Shown here piece after piece: positions 38,847 to 50,800 of a DNA stretch of 64,000 nt. Source of the stretch: a virus; IMG/VR virus record IMGVR_UViG_3300025732_000030, positions 1 through 64,000 of that record, one strand, 5' to 3'. Position numbers and translations under genes: made by a program. The notes below the pieces were generated by a model. It ran no database searches. It had not been told where the DNA came from and was given only the letters and a program-made list of their open reading frames with translations. Positions within the stretch are counted from its first letter, which is position 1. The number at the start of each line of letters is the position of its first letter.

Positions 38847-41800
38847 ATGAAAATAGTTTGTGCATTATCACCAAAACAAGTAGAGAACTTATATAAAGAT
38901 ATATATAAAAACATGTTGAATTCATTAGAAGCTGATAAAGCTTTTAATGCTAATGACTACATGAAAACTTTATTTACACAAATTGCTGAGAAAAAAGATG
39001 TTCCAACAGCAATGAAATTTTTACAGCAAGTGCCTAGCATTATGAGAGCTGTTGGTGTAAAATCACAGTTTGATAATTTAGATATTTCTTTAGACGCCCT
39101 TAAGCCATTGGTTACAGATTTTAAAAATGAAAAAGATGGTTTCAAGAATGTACTTAACTATTTCAAGCCAGAGATGTCTGACAAAGACAAACTGGAATTA
39201 CTTGTAGCAAATCAATTTATCTCAAGCTTACCTACTGAAATAGAAGATCCTAAAGAGATAAAAGATCCTTTTAGATTTAAACCATTTAGTTGGTTAAGTA
39301 CTACATTTCAACAATTAATACAACTTAACCCACTTAATAAATTAAAGTTATTAAGTGAAAAACCAGATGCTAATAAAAATAGGATTTACAACACTATAGA
39401 CAAAATACAAGCTGCTATTAGTGCTGAGCAAGCTTTAGTAACTGATGGTACATTAACGGTAGCTGGTAAAGTATTAAAACTAAAACCTGTTAGACTATTA
39501 GATCTTTATGATACAAACCAAGCAGATATTGATAACACTACTGCTCAAGATGTAATAAGAACTAAATCTATTAAAAATAGACCTGCGGGAGTTGAAACAC
39601 AAGATACAATTGCTTTAGTTTTATCAGATGAAGATGGTAATTATTACCACTTTACAGAGGACGGAAATTTTTCTACTGAAGAAGAAGGAGGAAAAATAGT
39701 TTATCAGTTTATGAGAAATGTAAACAAAGATAATACTACTGGAGAATATGTTGCAGTAAATCAATATGGGTATGATGATCAGATTCAAACACCAGAAATG
39801 ATTGCAGAAAAATTAGAAATTACTGTAGAAAAAGCTAAAGAACTTCAACAAGAAGAATTAAAAAACTTATACGAAATAAAACAAGCTGTTGTAAACAATC
39901 AGCAAAATCCTCTTTTAAATGTGGTTGAATTAAGTGCGGGTGTTCCAGAAAGTTTAGCACAAAAGAAAATATCATTAAAAAATTTAAGATCTCTTCCATT
40001 TGTAAATAATGCAACATTTAAAACAATAACACCAGTAATTGAAAAAGGATCAGATGTATCTGCAGTTATTACATTAAATGGTACTATATATCCGGTGGAT
40101 AAACCAGATTTATCTGAAGTTTTAATACAAAAAATAACATCAGTTCTTACAAATCCTAAACTATCTAATAAACAAAAGTATGACTTTGTAAATCAATTTC
40201 TTTCTGATAAAGCTTCAATGAAAGCAAGAAGACATACGTTACTTTATAATCCTGGAACAGATGCCCTCACTTTTCAATATACTGAAAAAACAAATGCTGA
40301 TGGAACTGGTGGAACATATACATTACTCAATGACCAATTAAATAATAAATATGATTTAGTATATGATGTTTTAAGATATGCAAAAGGTGATAGTAGAAAG
40401 GGTAAACCTTTTCCTGCTAAAATGACTTATAATATTGATGTCCTATCTAGAAATGGATATCAAGATTATAATATAGAAACAGGAGAAATTAGTGATGAGT
40501 ATACACCTTATATTCCATTATTAGAAACACTAGATGCCGCAGATATTAAAATATCTGAAAGCACAGATCCTGGATTTTATAATACATATATTAGATTTAG
40601 TATTCCTTCAGATATTTCTATAGATGCAACTGAAGAGCCAAAAGTGAGATCACAATATGTAGGTAAATTTATTTACTCAACTCCGGGATCTGGAAAAACT
40701 ACTTTAGCAAATACAGATGAGAACATTATAGATACTGATGAGTTAATTGTAGAAGAAATGAATAAAAGGCATCCTGACTTTAAACAGGAAGCTAATGAAC
40801 CCATACAAGAGTTTATTTTAAGATATGTTATAAAATATGACCATAAAGCTGAAATAAACAAAATAGTTTTAAATCAAGTTAAAGAACTAACTGCTAGTGG
40901 TAAAACTGTTCTTACAGGTACAATGGCATTCATTAAAGATGTTGATGTTGTATTTAGAATGAATCCTACAAGCAGTAGAGCAATTGAAAGATTTGGTTCA
41001 GTTGAGAAAGCAAAAGATTTTGCTAAAAAAGAAAAAGATGAAGCTAATAAAGCAAAGAAAAAATCAATTGAAACAAAAGGAATAGAACAAAGTATAATGA
41101 CATCTTTTGTTTCTGAACCTGTTACGCAAACACCAAAAGAAGAAAGAGATAATATCATAGAACCTGAAAACACACCAAAACCAGAAGAAGGAGGTCTTGG
41201 TAGTTTGCTTGATGATGAAATGTACAGATCTGGTAAAAATTTAGATTTAGAAAATATTACTTCTGAAGATATAAAAAATGCTGAGACATGGTGGAATAAC
41301 TCACCACTGTCTAAGTTTATTGATTTCAAAACAATGGTTAACATTGTTAACTCTGATGTTTATGCAAAGTTTATTGCATATGGAGCTGTGTTAAATAATA
41401 AATATGGTGAGATTCAAATTGGTCAAAGAACTAGTATAGTAGATGTATATCATGAAGCATGGCACGGATTTACTCAGTTATTCTTAACTCCAACTGAAAG
41501 AAAAGCTTTATATGATGAAGTTGCAAAACAAGAAGGAAGCTTTACACTATTAAATGAAACCACTGTTAAATTTAGTGACGCAACATATGGACAGCTTGAA
41601 GAATATCTTGCAGAAGAATTTAGAACTTATGCAAAAGAACAAGGTGTTAAAGCTAATTCACCTAAAAGAAATAGTATATTTAGAAAAATTCTAAACTTCT
41701 TAAAAAATCTATTTAAATCTAAAAATACTAAAGATAAACTCTTTAATGAGTTATACTTAGCTGGAAAAAATAAAAAGAATAGTCAAAAGTTCTTAAATAA

Positions 41801-44800
41801 ATATTCTCCGCTTGTTAATACTTTCAGCTTTAAAGAACTTAACAGAGGTATAGAAAATGTAGTTGAACCTACAATTGATGCTTTAGATAAACAAGATAGT
41901 AATCTTGTATCAAAAAGTATTGACTCTTTCTTTTCATTAAGAGCAGATAAAAATTCTGAAGAGACAGGTACTAAAGAGGCAACTATAAGAATCTTTACAA
42001 ATGAAAAAACAAAAGAAAAAGTATATGCTGAAGCTAAAGTAGATTTTCAAAATAAACTTGATACGGCTAAAGAAGAATTAGAAAAAATACAAGATGACCC
42101 CACTAAGGCATTAGAAATTGAAAAGCTTCAAAATAAAATAAGAATATTTGAAACTGCATTAAAAAATTGGGGTGATAAAAAGTCAGGAGTAATTGCTTAT
42201 CATAATGAGAATAGTGATTATAAAATCATCAACAAAAAGTTTAAAGAGATAAAAGATGAAGAGGAAGATGATACCACTACACAATCTCAAACTGCTAATA
42301 GTAAAACAGTAGAAAATAGTTCGCAAGGTGAAACTTTGGGAATAAAAGATGATACTCAAACTAAATCTTTATTAGATTTAGCAAGTTCAGAAACTATTGT
42401 TTTATTATCTAGTTTACATAAAATAGAAAATGGCAAAACTGTGCTAAATGAATTAGGTTATCCAGAACTTGCAGATTTTGCAACTACTTGGAATAATACT
42501 ATCAGAGCTCTTAATGGAGAAAAAAATCCATCTAAAATGCTTGAAAATATTAGAACTTCTGCACAAACAATATATCCTGAATTTAAACAATTATTAAGAA
42601 AGCTTCCGGGATATACAATTGAAAATGGTAAGATTGTTATCAATGAAAAAAATAGATTTGAAGTAAAAACATTAAGTGCATTTTGGCAAGATTTTCAAAA
42701 AACAAGAGTAACTTATTTACAAACAACAATATTTGATAATAATATTGCTGAAGTTACTAAAGCTTCAATTGAAACAATGAGCTTAATGCGTAAGTTTCAA
42801 GCTAAGTTTAAAAGTGATCTTGAAAATAAATTCATTGGAAGATCAGCAGAAAATGTTGCATTCTTAAAAGTTGCAGAAGTTGTAGCAGAATTTGGTAAAG
42901 ATGGAAAATTAGATTCTGATAGAGCTTATGAATTTGCAAGAGCAATAGGTTTATATTTAGATGATTTATCAATCATTAAAAATGAACTTAATCTAAATCA
43001 GAAAGCTAAGCAGATGTATGGTCTCATATATATCTATAGGGCAATGTATGATATAGATAATGCAATGAAGAATCCTAAAACAACTCAGAAAACAGTAACT
43101 GAAATAAATGAGTTTTTATTAGATCCAATTGGTAAACTAACTTCTGGGTTTAGTGCAGGGACTATTGCTGAAAAAGAAGTAAGACAAAAAAATGCTATAG
43201 ACAGAATTCTTGGTTTACAAGCTAAATATGGTTTTGATTCTGCAAACTTTGCAGTATTAAATGCAGAAAAAAATCTTGTATTTGAACATATAGATGATCA
43301 CACTATAAGTTATATAACTTATGCTCTGAATAAAATGGATAATTTATCAGAGGCATGGACACCAGGTAGTGAATTTGAATACATGAGTTATTTAAATCCA
43401 TTAATTAATTCATTTACAACAAGACTTGGTATTATTAATACACTATTTGATAAGAATGATACAGAAGATGGTGTATACAACTGGGCTAAAAGATCTGGAA
43501 AATCCTTACAATTATTTATCAATTCAGGCACTCAGGTAGAAGCAATTGATGATGGAACAAATACAACTTCATTAGATGCTAGAGGTAAGTTCTTACAAGA
43601 ATTACACAGCATGCTTAAAGGAGGAATGATAGAATTTATGAGACATGCATCTAAGTCATCATCTTTTGGTGCTAGAATAGACGGAGAAGGTGGTATTCTA
43701 GGTGGTGTTGGTAAAGGCACAGATACAAGATTATGGGTTGATATAGACAAATTTGCAGTAGGTAATGCATATGAATATGTTGTAAAAAATCATATGATAC
43801 CATATATTGCTGGTGAGTTAGAAAGAATAAATAAATTTAAAGCTAACAAAGAATTATTTAAAACATATAAAGGATACAACAGAGTTCTTGCGGATGGCAC
43901 TATGGCCGGTGAAAACTTTACTGCATTTGATAATGTTTTAACTAAAGACACAAAAGCAAAAATCTTAGAGGCAGTAACAGATCCTAATATTAGATTTGAA
44001 GATTATATAAAAACTAATCCTAAATTATATAAGGAAATCTTAGAAGAAATTACTAAATATTTTACTGATCAGACTAAAGATTTGCAAAACTATTATAATG
44101 AAGCTAAGTATTTAAGCCCAGATCTTTTAGATAAGCTTTCTGTATTTAATCTTGATCAAGAGAAAGTTGAAGAAGTTTTAATGTCTGCATATGCAGTAAA
44201 CTCTTGGGTACAAAACTTTGAAACTGCTACTTTATTCTATGGTGATATTGTACAATACAACCATGAAAAAGAAGAAATGCATAAGAGAAACTCAGGTGCA
44301 ACTTCTGGTGGATTAAAGATAAGAACAGACCAATCAATAAGACGTTATCTAACTGAATTAAATGGTAAATTATCTTATGCACAAGCTGAAGGATTAGAAA
44401 CTTTAGCATATACAGGAACTTATAATTCTGCTATTATTCAAGATATTAAAAGAGAATCTGTTTATTCTCCAATAATTGAAAGAGAACTTAGAAAAGATTA
44501 TACTGAAAGACTTAAAGGAAAAGTTCCAGCTGATAAATTATCAGAGGAAGTAGAGATGCGTGTGGCTCAGGATCTTAAGCCTTATGCAAAAATGGAAGAA
44601 GCGGATGGTCAAGGTTGGATTACAATTGATGCATATAGAAATCTTAAAATGGCATCTGATCAATGGAGTGATTTACAGGAAGAGTTATTTAAAAAAATAA
44701 TAAATAAACAACCTGTTAAATATTCTGACATTATTGAATTCTTTCCTGTATATAAAGTTCAAAACTTTGGACATTTAGCTAATACGGCACTACCCGTAAT

Positions 44801-47800
44801 GGCAATGCATAAGTTTGCATTAGCTCCCCTTATTCCACCAATGATAAAGAATTCTGATTTAGAATCTTTACATAAACAGATGATTAAGAATAACATTCAG
44901 TATGTAACTTTTCCAACAGGTTCTAAAGTTGGTAGTGTAACCTCTCAAGTTAATGAAAAAGGAGAAGCAGTTGCTGATAAAATTTATGATGACAAAGATC
45001 AAAAATCATTAAAGACAAATATTAAGTTCACACCAAATAAAGTTTATTTAGAATATCTTAAGGATGTAACTAAAGTTCCTGTGTCTTATAAAAACAAAAC
45101 AGTATTTGCTACTCAGTTAAGAAAACTTATCTTATCTAACCTATATAGAAATGGTGAATTAACTGTTAAAAATCAAGTTTTAATTAAAGACTATGAAGAT
45201 GCAGTAGATGCCTACGGTGAGTTCTTAAAAATGGAATTACTTAATGAGATAGGCTATACATTTGAAGATGGTAAATACATTGGAAACTTTAAAAACTTCT
45301 TAGAACTTGTTCAAAGAGAATTGGGTAGAAAGAATATTCCAGAACACCATATTGAGTTTGTTAATATGAATCCAGATAATTCTTTGAAAACAGATTTATC
45401 TTTCCATTTAAGAGCAGATGAGATTGAAAAAATTATTGTTTCATTAATTGAAAAAAGATTAGTAAGACAAAAAATTAAAGGTGAAGCATTAGTACAAGTT
45501 TCTAGTGCAATGACAAATGGTATTTGGGATAACCAAATTCAATTTGATAAAGCTGATATAGAGCAAGTAAGAAAGTTCATGGGAACTAATAACTTACCTT
45601 TCTATAACTATAATAAGGATAGAACATCAGCAATGAAAGTTGCTATTGCTCTTCAAGGAGACTTTGTTAATCTTTTAAACTTAGATTACAAAGGAGAAAA
45701 AATTGGTACAAGAGAAAGACTGAATCAGGCTATCAAAGATGATGAATGGTTAAATGCAAATGATGGAGCTAACAGAAAAGCAATTACTATGATTGCTGTT
45801 AGGATTCCTGTGCAAGGTCTTAACTCTATGGAATACATGGAAGTATATGAGTTCTTAGATGAGGCTGCTGGTCCAATTATTATACCACCATCAGAAATAG
45901 TTGCTAAGTCAGGAGCTGACTTTGACGTTGATAAACTTACTACATTTATGCCATCATTGGATAAATCTGGAAAGTTTGTAGAATCAGCAATATCTAATGA
46001 AAGACTTCAAAATCTTCTTAACCAAAATAAAGATACAGAAGAAGGAAAACAAATGAATGCTAGATTACTAAGCACTCAAAAGGCAGCTTTAGAGAATAAA
46101 CTAATTACTAGCATATCTAACATACTCAGTTTACCAGAAAATTATGCATCACTGGTAAGACCAAATGCCACTTACTTATTAAAAGATGCTATAGCAGATA
46201 AAATAGCAGATAAGGTAACAGACTATAATAGATTTGATAATTATCATGGTGAAGAAACAAGATTAAATGAAAAAGGTGAAAAAGCTATCAGCCCTACTAG
46301 AGTATTAGAACCACTATATAATTTGCACAAACATGAGGCAAACATGATTGGTAAAAAAGTATTGGGTATTGTGGCTATTTATAATGCTCTACACCCTGTT
46401 CTAAATAGTTTGGGTGCATCAATGCCTAAAACATATAGGTATAAAAAATCAAAAGAAAGAAAATCTAGAATATTTTTACCGGTTAATAAAACAAAGGATG
46501 GTAGAATATCACTATCAGAAACTACTACAGTGGATGGAGATTTAATCTCAGAACTATATTCACAATTAATGAATGGTTCAGTAGATGTTGAAAAAGATGC
46601 TTGGATATTTTTTATTCAAGGTAATGAAGAGCTAATTGGTTTAATGGCTATGCTACTTAAATCCGGAGTTCCAAGAGAACATGCCATTAAGTTTCTATCA
46701 CAACCATTAGTTAGAGAGTATGCAAAAGAACAAAGACTTTTAAAAAGTTCTTATTCAGATCTTATTACTGATAATAGCGGTATACCAAAAACTCAATTAA
46801 CTGTAAATTATTACGGTGAACCAATAGAGATAAAAATTCCAGATAAAGAAATTGCAGCAGCTAGAGTACTCTCAAGATTTGGTGTTGATAAACCAATGAG
46901 ATTTGTAAAGGGTAATGCAGATCAAGCTTCATTAGATGCATTTATAAAGAAAGGAAATATATTAAACAAAGAAGGAGTATTTGATCTTAAATTACTAGAT
47001 GCTATATTAGAAGATCCAAATAATCCTGCACGCAAAGATCAGCAAATTGCTACATTATTACATGTAATGGAGTTAGAAAAACAATTCTCTGGATATCAAG
47101 AGCTAATGAGATTATCTAATCCAGATACTTCAATATCTAAAACTTTACAGCAAGTATTAAATAGAAATGTACTACTTGATGAAATTGAAAATGATTCAAG
47201 GGTAGAAAGTAAAATAGTAAACGCTTTAAGAAAGGAATCTATTTTATCTACATTTTTTGATAATCAAATTGTTCAAGATTTAGTTGAACCAGTATTTCCA
47301 TTAAGAAATTCAAAAGATATAAGTAATATTATTATTGGCCTAATAAAGAACAATAGTTTTCAGATAACAAAAAGATTTGGTGATACTGAAAAATTTATTT
47401 CAGAGATAAAAAATAACATGGTTAATTCTGTGTTCCAAAACTATATGATGGGTTATGTGCAATCTGAAAAAGACTTATTAAATATTCCGTCAGATCTTTT
47501 AGCTAAATACTTTACAAAAGATGTGTTCTTCCAAAATACAGGATATTCATTTGCAGAAGATATTTTTGATATTATAAATCAACATCCTGAACTAAAAGAT
47601 AAATATAGTTTATTATCACAGTTATCTATTCCAGAAGTTAAGGATGGTCAAAAGATTCTTACTTTAAATAACTCTAGATTATTAAGCAAAGGAAATATAG
47701 CTGAGCAATATTATCAAAATATTGTTGCTCTAGCTGATCCTAATGTTTCTAAGGTAGATGACCCAGTACAGAATAAATATATCAGTGACATGTTCCGTGT

Positions 47801-50800
47801 ACTCCCACTTATGGCCATATACCAAAATGGAGTGGGATACAGTAGATTTGGCTTTAATGAAATCTTGCCATTTGAGGATTATGTTACAATCATGAATAAT
47901 GCCGCAGTAGATTTTAATAATCAAAGTTTTGAGAATAAACAACTATACATGGATAGAGTATTTAGTATAAGTATGAATCCTAAAAATAGAATCTTTAAAA
48001 ACTTTGTGTCAGCTGCATTTGCATCTACTATTCCAACATTTGAAAAGAAAAACAGATTTACAGTTATTCCACAATCAGGAGTAAAAGATGCTAAAGCTGT
48101 TGTAAAATCTAGTATCTCTACACAGTTTATTGGTTTTGGAGAAGGTATAGTTGGTAAAGATGGTAAACGCAGTAGCACACAAATATACAGAGAGCAAGTT
48201 GGTAATTTAGCAAATACTGGAAAATATAGCAGTACAGATGTAATCTTTGTATCTGTTCCTGGACTAAGAGGTGATGCAGCAATTACCAAAAGAGAACAAG
48301 ATAAAACAATCAAAGAAGCAATTAAAGCTATAGAAGCTGAAGCAACTATTCTTGTAGATAATAAAGCTTATACTTTTGATTCTAAAAATACTTACAACAC
48401 CGGAGAAAAAAGATTGTTTCAAAATCTTGAAGCCAAAGGTTATAACTATTCTGAGATTACAATTGATGGTGTAAAAATAGGAACATGGAGTAAATCTAGA
48501 ACTACTCAAGCTCCTATAAGTACTGGAGTAGAAATTAGTTCTAATGCTAAAGGTCTTGCAGCTGCCCTTACTAATCCTACAGAGTTAGCTAAATCTAAAG
48601 GTAATCTCACCCAATCTTATCCAATAGAATTTAATGGTAAAACTTATAAAGATGTTGAAGCTGCATATCAAGCATTAAAAGATAAATCTGAGTCTATAAC
48701 AAAACCTACTAAAGAAAATAGTAAGAACTATAAATTAATGGTAGATTTAATAAAAGCCAAGTTACAACAGCATTCAAGATTAGTTTCAGAAATAACTAAA
48801 CAAGGTGGTTCTACTTGGGTTTTATCATCTACTCATCAACCTACTAATGCAAATACCGTATGGGAAACAGGAGGAAAAAATTGGTTTATTGAAGCTCTTA
48901 ACGATGCTTACTTATCTACTCAACCTACTACAGCTCCTACTGTTATAACTGAAATTAAACCAGAAGATATAACTTTTAAATCAAATAGATTAGAAACATT
49001 TGAAAGACAGGGAGACCTTGAATCAGTAAAAGGTTATGGATTAATTATAAAAGGTCAACCTAATGTAGATTTATTTACATTTAAAGATGATTCAGAATGG
49101 GTCATCATTGATAATAAGTCTAAATTACTAATACCAATTAGAGGAGGAATTTCTACTAAACGTGATATAGCGAAATTACTAAGCAATGATTTAACTTTTC
49201 ATATATCAAAAGAAAGGAATAGAAAATTATTAGAAGGAATTGGTTTTAATTTTACTCAAGAACAAAAACCAGGTGATCAATTAGATTTATTTAACCAACG
49301 TACTATAAATCCAAATCAAAAGTTTGATAAAGTACTTGCTAAAAAAATACAAGATAAACTTGAAAAACTATATCCTGAGATTAAATTAAACATTAGCAAT
49401 ACTCCAGTTTGGGAGCAAGGTGATAATGTACTTAATCAAGAGCAATATAATAATCAAGTAAACTATAGGATTAAAACAGTTGATATTTTACTTACACCAA
49501 AAGCTGATCAAGTATTTGCTAAGGGTATTAAAAATAAATGGACACTGGATAAAATCTTAACAGAACTTCAGATACCTAAAAATCAAAAAGGACTTATAGA
49601 AAGAGTAATAGAAACAATGCCATACTTTGAGGGTATACCTTTTAACGCTCAACTTGCATATGCTATTGCTTCTACTTATAACTATACTATTGAGATTAAT
49701 ACTTCTAAAGATAAAATTGAGGATGCTTTCGGCAATGTTTGGGTTGATAAATATCCTAATAAAAAAATTGGAGATTATATTACTATTGATAATAAACAAT
49801 GGAAAATAACAGGTACAAGATTTGAAGATGATAGTTGGGGGGATTCGGGTTTAGAACAAAGAGAATCTTTTATTGTAGGTTCAGAAGGAGAAAACACTCA
49901 ATATTACTCTAATCTAACAGTTCCAGGTGGAACTAACTATACTGAACAAGAAGTAACAACACCGGGTGTTGTTCCTAATATTAAAGGGCATGCTCAGTTT
50001 GCTACAGATAAAGGTATAGGTTGGTTTAGGAGTGATGAAAGGACTAATAGTTTAAAGCAATTTAATGAGTTTGAAATAGGAGATACTTGGTATGCTCAAG
50101 GTAGCATCAACATGTATGGTAGAGAATACTATGGTAAAATAGTTGGTAATAATGAAGGAGTAGAAATTTCAAAAGAAGAATTTGAAAAAGCTAAGCAAGA
50201 ATTTATTAGTAGTAATCCTTCTTATACAGATAATACTAAAACTCGTAGAATACTAGAAGTACAATCTGATTTGTTTCAGAAAGGTAGAGATAAATATTTT
50301 CTATATGAAAAAGAAGGTAAACAAACTGTTTTAGGTACTCAAATAATTGATAGTTCTGAAAACCAATTTCTTCAACTCCTCAACAAAGACAATAACTGGG
50401 TAACATTCTTTGTTAAATCTATTATTCAAGATAGTGCTAAGAAAGGATATGAGAAAGTTTTATTTCCAAGTGGTAATACTGCTAGTAAAGTTGAAGGTCA
50501 TACTACTTTAGAAGAGTTTAAGAAGCAAAAAGAAGATAGGATTAAAGAACTTGAAAAAGATGAAAATATTTATCACCTTGCATTAATTTTAGATAAATCT
50601 GATAGCGGTATTTTAGATTCTTTTCCTACAAAAGAAGAAGCTTTAATCGCAATTAATAGAAATAACAAAGAAATACAAGAATTGGATTCTAGTAGTGAAT
50701 TAACCTATGAACTTAGAGAAAAGAATTTAAACTTAAATGAAATAAATCAACTTAAACAAGAACTTGAAAGAATAGAAGGTCCAGAAGGTTTTGGTGCTTT

